NCBI RefSeq assembly: GCF_016432865.1
Contig: NC_067403.1
Coordinates: forward strand, 254,138,001-254,202,000
DNA length: 64,000 nucleotides
Origin: Antechinus flavipes
Lineage: Eukaryota
Direction of reading: 5' to 3'
Positions 1-13,200 of the stretch are shown here, in pieces. The notes under the pieces are model-generated. The model did not search any database and had not been told where the DNA came from. It was given only the letters and a program-made list of their open reading frames with translations. Made by a program: the position numbers and the translations under genes. Numbering within the stretch: the first letter of the stretch is position 1; the number at the start of each line of letters is the position of its first letter.

Positions 1-157
1 TGCTGAGGAGAGACTTGGGGGCACTAAGTGAGCACTTGGATCCTTCCTCCAAGGCTGTGGGGAAGCAGGGACTCCAGGGTCTGAGCCTGGGAAGGAGCTG
101 AGTTAATTTTTATCCCCAGAGGAGTGAGGGAAGTAAGTTGGGATCCGAGTTCAAATG

Positions 158-376
158 NNNNNNNNNNNNNNNNNNNNNNNNNNNNNNNNNNNNNNNNNNN
201 NNNNNNNNNNNNNNNNNNNNNNNNNNNNNNNNNNNNNNNNNNNNNNNNNNNNNNNNNNNNNNNNNNNNNNNNNNNNNNNNNNNNNNNNNNNNNNNNNNNN
301 NNNNNNNNNNNNNNNNNNNNNNNNNNNNNNNNNNNNNNNNNNNNNNNNNNNNNNNNNNNNNNNNNNNNNNNNNNNN
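158..376. other. Assembly gap
   Basis: N run. Confidence 1.
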
Positions 377-379
377 AGC

Positions 380-1760
380 TCCCTCTTCTCTCCTTGTCCA
401 CAGGCATTACCAGGACATTTTCTGCCGCTTTTTCCAACATCACCCACAAAGACGTGGTCCTTCTCTTTACCAGACCCCTACCCTCTTCCAGTAGATTCCC
501 CCCTCTGTCATCCCCACTCTTACTTACCATTCTCCCTGTCCATTGGCTAATTCCCTCCCGCCTACAAGCATGCCCATCTCTCTCCCACATCCTGCACAAA
601 ACCCCGCTCTTGATCCCTCTGTCCTCACGGTGAGTTGCCATCCCACATCTCTCCTCCCTTTTGAGACCACACTCAAGAAGGCTGCGTCTGCCCCGATGGA
701 GGCCTCCATTTCCTCTCTCCTGGACTCTTAACATTCAAAAGAAACTTCTCTCTCCGATGTTCCAGACAGTAGTTGCCCGATGGATGAGCTCTTCTCCACC
801 TCCCTTCTCATCAAGTTCTCAGTAGCCCTAGAAAGGTCCATCGCCATCTTTTCCCCACCAGTCTCTTCGCTCTAGATTCCCACAATACTCTGCTCCTTGG
901 CTGGGCTCTTCACCTTGGTCATCTGTCTTTCACTCTTCCTTCCATACATCTTATTGGTGAGCTCCTCGGCTCCCACGGGGTCAATGATCATTTCTAAGCC
1001 TGTTACTCTGAGGTCACTCGGTCTGCCCTAACCTCTCTCTGGACCTCTGGGGTCATATCTCCAAACAATCCACTCCATTAGACTGGAAGCTCTCAGAGGG
1101 CAGGGTCTGGCTTTTGCTTCTTTTTGTCTCCCCGATACTTAGCACGTTGGATACATGCTTAATGATCAATCAAGCCGAATCCTAATTCTGTGCCTATTAC
1201 ACGTCTCTCTCCCTTATGATCCCTCGGCTGCCCGACTGATGTCCTAACATTTCGATCTGACCATGGCGCCTCCCTCTCCTCTGTAAACTCCAGGGACTCC
1301 TTATAACTCCTAAAGTCAACTATAAAATCCATTATGGCCTTTAAAACTTTTTATAACCTGGCCTCCTCCTACTTTTCCAGCCTTCCCACACATTACTCCC
1401 TTCCATATAATGTGCAGTCCAGGAACACTGGCCTCCTTCCTGTTCTTCACACCCAACACTATCTCCTGACTCTGAGTGTTTCCAGTGGTTCACCTCTATT
1501 CCTGGAATAGAAAGAGACCTCCTCATCCCGGCCTCCGGGCTTCCTTGAGGTCTCAGCTAAAGTCCCACCTTCTGGGAGAAGTTTTCCCATCCTTCCTTCA
1601 TCTAACTGATCCTGTAGAGATCTCTTTGTGTGTGTCTCATCCCATTAGTTGGGAAGGTCCTTAAGAAGGGGCACTGGGATTTGTTTTTTGATCTTTCTTT
1701 GTATTCCTAACCATTAGCACACAGTAGGGGCTTAACATATCCTTATTAACTGACTGAAAA
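380..1760 (+). mobile_element. Old L2 LINE fragments
   Basis: L2 3'-end-like text (AGACTGGAAGCTCTCAGAGGGCAGGG...TTAGCAC...TGCTTAAT) twice, plus a degenerate pyrimidine-rich body. Confidence 0.55.
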
Positions 1761-1894
1761 ACATCTCAGAAGGCACGTTTGATGGGGACCTGTCAGGGAA
1801 AAACACAATGGCATATAGTCATGGAAGCCCTTCTAGCCTGGGAGTAAGGAGTCCAGCCAGTTTCTAAGTAGCCCAGGGCAAGCTATTTTCCTTC

Positions 1895-2145
1895 TCAGCC
1901 TTTCCATTTCTTCTCAACCTTTCCCTTCTCAACCTTTCCCTTCTCAGCCTTTCAATTTCCTCTTAACCTTTCAATTTCCTCTTCTCAACTCTCTTTTCTC
2001 AACCTTTCCATTTCTTCTCAACCTTTCCCTTCTCAGCCTTTCAATTTCTTCTCAACCTTTCAATTTCCTCTTTTCAACCTTTTTCTCAACCTTTCCATTT
2101 CTTCTCAGCCTTTCCCTTCTCAATCTTTCAATTTCTTCTCGAAAA
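1895..2145. repeat. Pyrimidine-rich degenerate minisatellite
   Basis: Repeated CTTCTCA(A/G)CCTTT(C/T)C/AATTT units of about 16-20 bp. Confidence 0.8.
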
Positions 2146-5100
2146 CAGGGGACTTAGATTAGCTCTCTGAGTTCTTTGCTGAGAAAGTTCTGGCAGCCTG
2201 TGTTCTAGGGTCACTTTTACTTTTGAAGGCCCTTTGGCCTAGTATCCCAGTTTCTACCATCCTGTGACTCTGTCACTTCAGCTTGGCTATTCTGGGGCCC
2301 TTCCAGCTCTAGCTTCCTGCTCTGACAATTCCATTTTCTACGCTCATAGGGGTCCTTAGGCCAAGCCTGAGGGGCCACATGCGGGGTATTGTGGAGAGTG
2401 GATTCTTGTCCAATCTGGGTTCAAGTTGGCCCCTTCCTGATTCTGCCTTAATCTCGGCTCCCTCAACACGCTCCTTTTGCTTAGGGTCCCCCTCCCCTTT
2501 CATCAGCCAAGCAGGGGTCAGAACAAACCTGCCGCCGAGGCAGGCCCGTGTTATCCTTCTGCAGCCCCCTGCTTCTCTGAACTCTGGGATGTCCCCCCTT
2601 TAGCGCAAGAGGCAGAGGAAGAGTCTGGGGGAAAGGTACTTGCTGGGCACCTGCAGAGACAGGTTCAGGGTCCGTTCTCCCTGGACCTTTAGGAAGACAA
2701 AGGGCACTGATAGAGCTGGGAGCGGGCTGTGGTCTGAGGGTCAGGAGCCAGAAGAAAGAAATTTTGAGCGGAACACGACAGAAGGAGGGAAGTTAAGTGG
2801 GGCAGCACCGGCTCTCCAGATCTCATGCCTTCTTTTTTGAGCTCCGGGGCCCTATTTTGGGGAGTGTGAGGAGCTGTGTATCCTTAGACCAACCACCTAG
2901 TAAAGCCTGTTTGTTATGTCCTTCAGGCCTGCTGGGGCTGGGCGGTGAAGAGTGTAAACCCGAAAGGAAGAGGGCAGAGATGGAGGAAGGAGCCTGGAGA
3001 CACAGGGAGCAAAGGTGGAGAACGACACAAGTATCATCAGAAAGGGGGCTCCTGGGGTGGCCAGCTGGTTACACCCTACCCCTCTCCCACTCTAGTCAGG
3101 TGATCCTGGGTGAGTTATTTACCCCCTCGTAAAGCGAGGGCAATAACCGTTCCGGCATTTAGTCCACGGGGCTGTATGATGGACCAACCGGGAGGCCTTA
3201 GAACAAGGAGTTTCCACTAACTTGATCCACCCCACCCCCCAATCTTACAGACGATAGCTGAGATCCGAAAGGGCCCGGGAATTCATTATGCCTGGAGATG
3301 TATCCGGGAGCTTTTGGGGGAAGGAGAGATTGAGCAAAGGAGTCTGGAAGTCCTGGGAAGGGACCCAAAGACACGCAGCTGGCTCCTGACAGAGCCAGGT
3401 CTACAGTGAACGTGGCCTTAATTTCAGTTCCGTTACCTTGACTTCCAACTGACTGTTGCCAAGGGGGGCCTAGGGCTGGGCCCTTCCACCTGCCAGCCAC
3501 GGCTGGTGGGAGCGGAAGCCCACCTGCCCTTTTCCTTCACCCTTTGGAACGGAGCTTTTAGGCCTTTCCCTTGCTCTGTCCAGGCCTTCAGAGGGTGGCT
3601 GGGACCGTCTACCAAAGGAGAAATTATATCTTGGAAATAAATCTATCCATGTCATGCTCAAGACTGGGCCAAGATAGGCCACCAGTATGGCCCACTGACT
3701 CTTGTCAGTCTAAGAACACTTGGAGTCTTCTCCTGGGGGGAGCCGGTGCCATGGGAGAGCTGTCGGAGGTGGAGGAAGACCTCTATCTAAGGCTAGGCAT
3801 GAGACTTGCCCCTCAGTTCCGGTATTTGACAAAGAATAAAGCAGCCTTATCCACTGTAGAACACCTGAGGCCCAGTCTGGTCCAGACCCGGACATTGTCA
3901 CTTTGCCTCAGTTTCCTGATCTGTAAAATGGGGGGAATAATAGCATCTACCTCCCAGGGTCGTTGAGAGGACCCAGCAAGATCGCATATGTAAGACATTT
4001 TACTATATACGTGCTACGGTGAGTATTATTTTACAGATCTTGGTTTGGGGGCTGCCTTCCTCTGTCAGCATCATTCTAACTTACAGGAAAGCTTCCTTTT
4101 TCCCTTTGTCCATTGGGACATGTAGCTTCTTCGTTCTCTTGACCCTTCCTTCCCCTCTAAGCAGGAGGGCCTACGGCCCAGGGGTCAGCTCTGCATTCAG
4201 CATGGGTGACTTTGGCCAAGTCCTTTTCTGCTTGTGACGTAAAGAGAAGGACTTGGGTGACCCAAGATCTCTGTGGGTCGTAAACCCGGGGTCGCTGCCA
4301 AATGAGAGAGTTACAGCGGCCGACTCTGAATTCAGGGATCCTCGCTCAGCGTGGCTTCAGGAGATTGGGAAGGCCGCCTTCACCAGCGGTCTTTGGTCGC
4401 CCATTCCTCCTGCCCGCAGTGCCCTCTGGCCACCCTCTCCACGCTTTCTTGAAGTCCCAGGCAGCCCGTGGGGCCTAACTCAAGTAGCCCCTTCTCCAGG
4501 ACTGTTTTCCTGCCTCCCCGCTCACAAGTACTTGGTTTGTACCTGGCTTGTAGTATAAAATGTGCATGAAGGTTATCTGTGCTCTCATCTCCTTCCAGGT
4601 TCACAGAGGGAGAGCTGTGAGTGACCTCAGAAGCCATCTCTCCAGTTTCCAGATGAGGAAACTGAGGCCCAGGGATTGGGACTTCTCCAAGATCACTAGT
4701 AAGTGGAAAAGCTAGAATTTGAACCCAGACCTTTTGGCTTCAGAGCTTATGAGCTCCATGATGGTAGGGTGGACTCTGTCTCATGTAAACCTGGCACACA
4801 GTAGGAGCTTTGTTAAAGGAACGGAGAAACCGGAGGGCCTGAACCCAAGAGGATCGCCTCCTCCCTGCGCCCTTTCCACTTGGCTCTTTCCCACGCCAGG
4901 GGGTCTGCCATCCTACTTGGCTCAGATCTCCACTGGCCCAGGGTTCTAGGGCTCTGGTTCTAGAGTCTCCTGGGTTCACTCTGGATCTCCCTTGTGGCTC
5001 TTCTCCTTCTCCTGGAAAATGAAGGCAAACCCCTAAGGGGTCATGACTTCCGTGCCTTTACTTGCTCCTCTCCGGAGGGTTCAGGCTAGACCCTGGCCTC

Positions 5101-5849
5101 CCGTAGCCTGATGGAGCAGCTAAGGAGTAAGAAGGGGCAGAATGGTGGCGAAACAAGCCGGGGCTGGATTTGGATCAGAATGTGGATTCAAATTCTGATT
5201 CTGTTCCTTAGAACTGTATGATTTGAAGCAAGTCACAATTAAATTAACACTAATTTGAAGCAAGTTCTGGGGCTCAGTTTGCTCAGCTCTACACTGAGGG
5301 GGTCGGAACGATAATTTCTACAGTCCCCCCCCCCCCCCTCAACTCCAAATCTATCCTTCTTGAGGAGGAAGCTTTCTGAACTGAAGGCTGAGAGAGAGGC
5401 TTGACCTAGGACCAGCTGCCCACTCTGCCGCAGCAGGGAATGGAGGCAACTGGCAGTCCAGAAAGGGAAGGGCCTTGCCCAGGCTCCACAGGTGGCATAG
5501 GGAGCCCTGGGCATGAGACAGTCTGCAAGGGGCCTGAAAAAACCCCAGGGGAGAGATGCAGCCCTCTCCAGTGGAAGAGCCCCCCCCAGGGAAGCGCAGG
5601 GTCTCCTGGGGAAGTTAATGCCAATAAGTGCTCCTTTCCCCAGGCCCCCCCCCACTATTTTGGGTCCTGGTCTACATTGTTCTATCCCAGAGAAGCTTCC
5701 AGGAATACCAGGCTGGAACCTCTAGCATCTCCCAGAGGAGGCAAAGCAACAAATAAGGAGACAGAATAGTTCTGTTTGAGCCCTTCGATCATTAGAATAG
5801 GAAGGTCCTTAGTTAGGACATAAAAAGTGGGAGCCAAAAGGGACTTTAG

Positions 5850-6535
5850 ATCATGGAACAGAGAATATCAGACTGGAAGGGAACTTGGAACACAGAACAG
5901 AGAATGTCAGAGCTAGAAGGGAGCTTGGAATACAGAACGAATATCAGAGCTGGAAGGGAGCTTGGAACAGAGAATGTCAGAGCTAGAAGGGAGCTTGGAA
6001 CACAGAACAGAGAATGTCAGAGCTAGAAGGGAGCTTGGAACACAGAACAGAGAATGTCAGAGCTGGAAGGGAGCTTGGAATACAGAACGAATATCAGAGC
6101 TGGAAGGGAGCTTGGAACAGAGAATGTCAGAGCTAGAAGGGAGCTTGGAACACAGAATAGAGAATGTCAGAGCTAGAAGGGAGCTTGGAACACAGAACAG
6201 AGAATGTCAGAGCTAGCTAGAAGGGAGCTTGGAACACAGAACAGAGAATGTCAGAGCTAGAAGGGAGCTTGGAATACAGAACAAATATCAGAGCTGAAAG
6301 GGAGCTTGGAACACAGAACAGAGAATGTCAGAGCTAGAAGGGAGCTTGGAATACAGAACGAATATCAGAGCTGAAAGGGAACTTGGAACACAGAACAGAG
6401 AATGTCAGAGCTAGAAGGGAGCTTGGAATACAGAACGAATATCAGAGCTGGAAGGGAGCTTGGAACACAGAACAGAGAATGTCAGAGCTAGAAGGGAGCT
6501 TGGAACACAGAACAGAGAATGTCAGAGCTAGAAAG
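5850..6535. repeat. Young minisatellite, about 17 units of 33/37/40 bp, derived from the CR1(L3)/MIR3 3' tail
   Basis: Unit AGAGCTAGAAGGGAGCTTGGAACACAGAACAGAGAATGTC; core resembles the reverse complement of the L3 tail GGTCCCTTCCAGCTCT..ATTCT. Confidence 0.9.
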
Positions 6536-7794
6536 GATCTCCCATTAGAGAAAGTCTGAGGTGAGAGGGACCTCCGACAGCACATAGACTCAGAGATGAG
6601 AGAGACCTTACACCATTGAATTTCAGAGCTAGAAGAAGGGGAGAACGCAGGGTGTGAGAGCTAGAAGGGGACGTGAAACGCAAGCCGTGAGCACGTTTGG
6701 GTTCGAATGGATGTTGAGGAATGCCAGAGCTAGGAGCAGTCTTGGAATACAGAAGAGCCTAAGAGGGGTTTTACTGGGCCATCATGGGACTCCAAGGGAC
6801 CAGGATGGGAAGGAAAGGAAACAAGCACCTGCCATGAGCCGGAACCGTCTGACTACTCTGAGCTCATTCGGTGCCCACAGCAAGCTGGGAGGGGGTGCTG
6901 GAACCACCCCCATTCTGCACTTGAAGTAGACAGCAAGATTCAGAAGCTTGCTGGTAAGTCTCTGGAGCCAGAACTAGCCACTGAGCCACCCGGCTGTCTC
7001 TGAAGGGAGCTCGGAGAGGGGTGTGGAACTAAGGGGAGAGTTTCTGCTTAGGGAGAAAAAGTAATCCAGGCCGGGCAGCAGCTGGGGGGGTCTCTCCCAA
7101 CCTGTAAAATGCCCAGAAACCTCTGGCGGGCAAGGTCAGTCCCCCTCACCAAGTCTCTTTCACCGTTCGCAGGGAATGTTCATTCAGAAATTCCTCCAGA
7201 AATCGCCGGGAAATGGTAGCTAGAGAAATGCCCTCAAGTAGCCTCAGTTTCCCTATTTGTCAAACAGGGGCAAAGATCCTTGTTCTACCAGGGTTATTGT
7301 AAGAAAGCACCACAAACGTCCGCATAGCAATACTGCGCTTGGAAGCCATCATCGGACACTGCGCCCGGCACCAGAGGCTCCCAGAACGACCCGGTTCCCC
7401 AGAGCATTTGCCAGATGTCCTGCCTTTCTTTCCCCTCCCCTGAATTGGGATTGCCTGGCTCATGCGCCCCCACCCCAAGCTTCCTGGGGGCGAGATATGG
7501 TTTGGGGCTTTTTTGGCCTTTGCGTCCTCAGGGCAGGTAATGGTCCTGGTACATACTGAGCAGCTGACAAACGTTTGTTAGCTTGAATCACATTTGACGA
7601 GGGACCTTTTGCCTTCCCAAGCTTCAGTTCTCCTCATCTGCCAAATAGAATAACAATCTCTGATCTACTGTTCCCTTAGAGCTGTCTGGAGCATCCAAGA
7701 GGATACTGGATGTGGAAAGGGAGGGGTGTGTGTGTGTAATGCTGGGAACATCTTCCAGTTAGCCGATAGCAATCACAAGACTTCCTAGTCATGT

Positions 7795-8257
7795 NNNNNN
7801 NNNNNNNNNNNNNNNNNNNNNNNNNNNNNNNNNNNNNNNNNNNNNNNNNNNNNNNNNNNNNNNNNNNNNNNNNNNNNNNNNNNNNNNNNNNNNNNNNNNN
7901 NNNNNNNNNNNNNNNNNNNNNNNNNNNNNNNNNNNNNNNNNNNNNNNNNNNNNNNNNNNNNNNNNNNNNNNNNNNNNNNNNNNNNNNNNNNNNNNNNNNN
8001 NNNNNNNNNNNNNNNNNNNNNNNNNNNNNNNNNNNNNNNNNNNNNNNNNNNNNNNNNNNNNNNNNNNNNNNNNNNNNNNNNNNNNNNNNNNNNNNNNNNN
8101 NNNNNNNNNNNNNNNNNNNNNNNNNNNNNNNNNNNNNNNNNNNNNNNNNNNNNNNNNNNNNNNNNNNNNNNNNNNNNNNNNNNNNNNNNNNNNNNNNNNN
8201 NNNNNNNNNNNNNNNNNNNNNNNNNNNNNNNNNNNNNNNNNNNNNNNNNNNNNNNNN
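7795..8257. other. Assembly gap
   Basis: N run. Confidence 1.
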
Positions 8258-9285
8258 CCCTCCCCCTCTTCCTCTCTCTCTCTCCATTTTCTCTATTCTT
8301 TATCCCTCCCCCTCTTCCTCTCTCTCTTCCTTTCTCCCTGTTTCTCTCTCGCCTTCGTTTTCTCTTCTCTATCCCTCCCCCTCTTCCTCTCTTTCTCTCC
8401 CTTTCTCTTTTCTTTTTCTCATTCTTTTTCTCTAGCTCTCCTCTCTCTCCCTCTTTCTCTTCCCCTCCCTCCTTTTTTCCTCTCCTTCTCTATTCCTCCT
8501 CCTCCCCTCCATCCCTCCCTCTCCTTTCTCTGTTTGTCTGTCTCTCTTGTCTCTGTCCCTCTCATTTCTCTCTCTGTGTCTCTCTCATCCCTGCCTCTGT
8601 CTCTCCGTTTCTCTTTCTCTCCGATCTCTCCCGCCCTCTCCTTTCTTTCTCTCTCCCTCCCTTCACCCCCTCCGCCCCCCGCATTTCTGTGGCGCCCATC
8701 ACCATGGTACCCACTGCAGAACAGAAGCTGTGCTGGCTTTACCAAGTTCCTTGCGCAGCGCTCACTCCCCACCCAGATGGGAGACATTCAGCCTTCTAGT
8801 TCTTGGCCCCCCCTTTCCTTGCGCCCGAGATTGCTTTGGATCCACAGGTCCCCCCTCCGAACAGGGCCATCTTGCCCTTCTGCCTGGCCTGCCCCTTCCC
8901 AATTCGGGCTACCCCCCCCCCCGGGCCAGCTCCTCCCCCGGGCCCGCTGTCACCTGGCTGGGGCTCCGGTCCATGTCTCTGCCCGCTCTCGGGAGCATTA
9001 GCAGGAACTGGACCCACCTGATGTCCAGGTGGAAGTGGCAAGGGGAGACCCTAAAGGAGAGGAGCTGGTCCCGGGAAAGCGGCCCCCAAAGACGAGGGCC
9101 TGGGGACAGCCGAGCGACTAAATCCTAAGAGAGGCAGAAGGCTCCATGTCATGTGGGCCCTGGGCGGGGGGGGGGGGCTTGCAGGGGACAAGCCTGCCCC
9201 GAACTTGCTCTGGGAGCTTCCTGAAGTTTCAGAGGAAGAGGTTAAAAGGGGGGGCTCCTTCCTACTGGGGTGCAGTGCACAAATG

Positions 9286-9450
9286 TGTGTGTGAGTGTGC
9301 ATTTGTGAGTGTGCGTGAGGGTGGGCTTGCCTGTACGAGTGTACGCATGCGAGTGTGTAAGTGTGTGTGCATGTGAGTGTGTAAGTGCATGTGTGTGAGC
9401 GTGTAAGTGCGCGTGTGCATGTATGTTTATGAGTGTTGCGTGTGCATGTT
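9286..9450. repeat. Degenerate (GT)n/(GTGC)n tract
   Basis: Alternating purine-pyrimidine run. Confidence 0.8.
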
Positions 9451-10737
9451 TCCCCCAAGGAACATAACTAGCCGTCTTTGGACCTCTTTTCAATAACACG
9501 ACCAGTGCTTGGGTTTGTCCGGAACCCACGTGAGGCCGGCAGGGTGGGGGGCGCTCAAGGTCACGGACCCCAGACCCAGAAAGGAATTGAGAGTCCAGGG
9601 TTTGGCATCAGAAGGCCATGTGACCTTGGGCTAGTGCCTTTCCCTAAAATGAGGCGTTTGAAGGAAATGGCCTGCCAGAGGTAAGTCCCCGTGGCAGGGG
9701 CCAGGTGGGGGCCACAGCTGCGGTCTCTCCCCCTCTGGGCGACCCGTCCTGTGCCGTCCCGGGTTCAGGTCTCGGAGCCCGGCCAGGGCTCGTACCCACC
9801 TTGAAGCCTGGTTCCTCCTTCTGCCAGGCCGCTGAGGTCAGTCCATCCTGGCGGGGGCCGCAGGCAGCTGGGGTTAGCCGGGCACAGGGAACCCTGGGGA
9901 CGAAAGGAGTGGGTTCCTGGGCCCGGGGAGCCAGCCTCGGCCCGCTAGCCACCGGCACCAGCTGAGCACCCCGGCGAGGAGCCACCTCCCGGCCAGTTCA
10001 CCTGGTCGGCTGCCAGGTAACAGCTGTCAGCTGGCCCGACAGACCTCGGCCCTGCCCTCCTCCCTGCCCTGCTTCCCTGCCCTCTGGGGCAGCGGCCCCA
10101 GCCCTGGGCGCCCCTTATAGGATCCTATAGGGCCGGGGGTGATGGGGGTGGGGGTGTGTGGGGGGATTGAGCCGTCCTGTTCCGTTCTTATACACAGAGG
10201 GAAATGAGGCTCAGGAAGGGTTAGGGGTTCGCCAGGGTCCCGCCGGAGCCAATCTTTGATTCCCGCCTCTTTTCTAGAGACCTCCGACCCACCGGAGGCC
10301 CGAGCCCCCAGCCCCTCCCCTCCCCCTCCACAATCCCCAAACCCAGCCTCTCCAGCTTCCCTAAAAACATCTGATTCATACTCTTTGGAGGGGGGGGGGG
10401 AGAAGGGAGAAGGATTAGGAGTGGAGATCAGTCTATTCTTTACCCCTCCCCCTATTTACCAACAGTCACATCCCGAGGTCCCCCAGACCGAGCCCCGGGC
10501 TCCCTTAGAGTCCAGGTGTCCTTTCCCCCACCCTAGACCTCCCCCACCCCCGTCCCTCTCCTCTCCCTCTCCGCTCCCGGTCCCACTGAGACAGCGACTC
10601 ACCATGGGGGTGTGCGAGGGAGCGTGGGCGCGCCGGGGTCTCCAGTCCCGCTCCCTCCCCAGGGGGACAGCGTCCTCTCGGGGGACCGGGACACTTGGCT
10701 CCCCCGGGGAGCTTCGTCCTGTGCTGGCAGCAGGAGA

Positions 10738-10866
10738 NNNNNNNNNNNNNNNNNNNNNNNNNNNNNNNNNNNNNNNNNNNNNNNNNNNNNNNNNNNNNNN
10801 NNNNNNNNNNNNNNNNNNNNNNNNNNNNNNNNNNNNNNNNNNNNNNNNNNNNNNNNNNNNNNNNNN
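10738..10866. other. Assembly gap
   Basis: N run. Confidence 1.
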
Positions 10867-12714
10867 GAGAGCGCGCTCTGAGCTGGAGGGGGCCCCTGGA
10901 GGGCAAATCGGGACCCCCCCCCACCCTGGGCAAGGGGTCTGGGACCAGAAGGGGGCAGGGCTGGGGGGGGGGCAGCGTGGAGGCAAAAGCAAAGGGCTCC
11001 AGGATGCACGGGAAGGGGAGCGAAGGCGGATACGGGAGAGAGACAAACACCCACACCCACAGACTGCACACAGCCTCGAAGGCACCGGCAGCTCCGCCAC
11101 ATATACGCGGCCACAGCCGCGCGCAGGATCGCTTTCTAACGTCCCCGTGGGCTCCCAGCCCCACGAACACACCACGAGGGTCCTGCAAAGCCGCTCACTC
11201 TGAATCTCTGCGTGTGTGAGAGCTCCCCCCGTCCCCGCCCCCCAGCTCCCCCGGGCTCCCAACGGCAGTTCGCGCGGGTCAGGGCACTGAGGGGCACGCA
11301 TGCCCCCTGTACCCGGCGCCTGGCTCCATGTGCCTGCTTCACATGGATCTGCCTTCCCTGCCTCATGCAGGTACACGAGATCCCCCCTCGCGTCCCCTCC
11401 CCCCTTGCCCGCCCACACTGCCACCCTCCCACACAGCCATACTTCAGGGCTCTCTGTTCTTGGTTCCCCGTCTGTTTGCAAATGACACATTCGTCCTCAC
11501 GTGAGAATCTCCAGCCTGGAGCGGCCCCGAGGGCTGGGGTGCCAGCGGGACGCGTGCGCTCCCGGGTGGCCGGGGGAGCTGCCGCGCGCGCCCCTGGTTT
11601 GGGGGCCTGGCTCCCTCCCAGAGTCTGGGCGGATGAAGCGCTTGCTAATTCAGGCCCTTTCCCCCCTCCTCGCTCCGCCCCCAACTTTCACTCGGAGAGA
11701 CAGACAGACAGGCAGACAGACAGCTCTCCGCCCTGCCTGTCAAACTGTGTCTCCCCCCACTCCTACGCAAGGTTCACAACATACCTGGAGACGGTAAACC
11801 TCTCCCCTCCTCCCGACCTCGCTGCGACTGGAGCTCAGCCTCCCCCCCTTTCTTTCTGCCCCTTCTTGTGGCTTGTGGGACCTCCCATTTCCCCAGCTCC
11901 CTTTGGAGTCCGCTCGCCCCTCCCCGGTCCTGCTCCTTTGTACTTTGGCAGAGCCCGGAGGCGTATCGCGGAGGGTGGGGATCCCTGACTAGGTGCCCGG
12001 GCAGCCCCCAAGGAAGCGGTGGGAAGTCTGGCTCTTCTTGTCCTCTCTCTGGGCACTCCTCCCTTCCCCGCGTCCAGTCCGGGGGTTTGTGTGTTCAAAG
12101 TTTCCCCAGAAACAGAACCTCCCCGGGAGCCCTTTGCTATAGAGACCTGGGCCCTATCCCTGCCCTTAGGCCCTCTGGACCTCCCGGAGAGCGGAGCAAC
12201 AAAGGCTGCCCCGGTGGCTCCTATCCACTTTCCCAAGAGCTCAGTTCCTGTCTGACCTGTCCACCTCCCTCTGGGTTCCAGGGAAGTGACTTAGGAGGGT
12301 GGATGGTGGGGAGGGGGCCTCCTGGCAAGGGCCCAGAGGACCCCCAAAATGCCATGCAAAGCAATTTCTCTTCCCAAGGTGTCGGTGGCCGCCCTGTGCC
12401 TCCCCAACTCCCTTCTAATCCTCGCCTGGGATGATCCCCTCCTCCTCCAGGCTCTTGGAATCTTGGCTTCCCCCTAGACCCCGCTCCAAGGCCAGCTTTT
12501 AGGGGAGACCTTCCCCTTGGAACGTGCCCTTTGGTCTTCCCTATGTAACTGTGGGAGCTCCTGCTTATGTCACTGTCTCTATAAGAATGTGAGCTCCCAG
12601 AGGGCATCCATGGATTCCGCATTGGCACACTGCTCACTTCTTGTTGATTGATTGATTTGGGGAACAAAATGGGAGAACTCACCTGGGGCCTCAAAGACAG
12701 AACTGGAAGAAACA

Positions 12715-13200
12715 TGGAATATCAGAGCTGGTTGCAGCCTTAGAACATGGTGGGAGGGGCCTTAGAACAGGGAATGTCAGAGCTGGAGGGCCTTTAGAAC
12801 ATAGAACCTCAGGGACCTTAATACATAAAACATTAGAGCTTGGAGATCTCAGTATTTAAAATGTCAGAGCTAGAAGGGTCCTTAGAACATAGAATGTCAA
12901 AACACGAATGTCAGAGCTGGGAGGGAGCTTAGAATATGAGATGTTAGAGCTCTCTCAGGACAAGGAATATCAGAGCTGGAAGGGTCCTTGGAATAGGAAA
13001 TGCCAGAACTATCAGGGACCTTAGAACATGGAATATCAAAACTGAGAAGGATCTTAGAAGATAGAATGTTCTTTAGATCATAAAATGTCAGAGATGAGGT
13101 GATCTTGAACATGGAATAGCAGATCTCAGAGGGATCTCAAGACATGGAATGTCAGAGCTGAGAAAACAGAATGTAAGAGTCTGAGAGATCATGTGATCAC
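12715..13200. repeat. Older degenerate array of the same L3-tail unit
   Basis: Repeated GAATGTCAGAGCTGGA(A)GGG.CCTTAGAA. Confidence 0.75.

Larger units (their letters stand above)
8258..12200 (-). promoter_or_regulatory. GC/CpG-rich region with a polypyrimidine/polypurine tract; probable CHRM1 5' non-coding/promoter region
   Basis: CT-rich tract 8258-8670, CpG-rich 9700-12100, candidate minus-strand donors. The CHRM1 link rests only on synteny (CHRM1 lies 3' of SLC22A6 on the same strand in human); no CHRM1 coding sequence is in the window. Confidence 0.3.

Noticed and set aside
5850-6535. CRISPR-like repeat array and the 84-aa ORF 5962-6216
   Set aside because: Units are contiguous with no unique spacers, no cas genes, mammalian DNA; the ORF is translated repeat.
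1-8700. CHRM1 coding exon
   Set aside because: No GPCR-like ORF found; if the synteny holds it lies left of the window.
10256-11988. Overlapping 250-340 aa ORFs on both strands
   Set aside because: Pro/Gly/Arg-rich products of GC-rich DNA, partly N; no domain signature.
12683-12702. 20-nt minus-strand microexon ending CAG|GTGAGT
   Set aside because: The acceptor derives from an adjacent L3-tail repeat; no supporting context.
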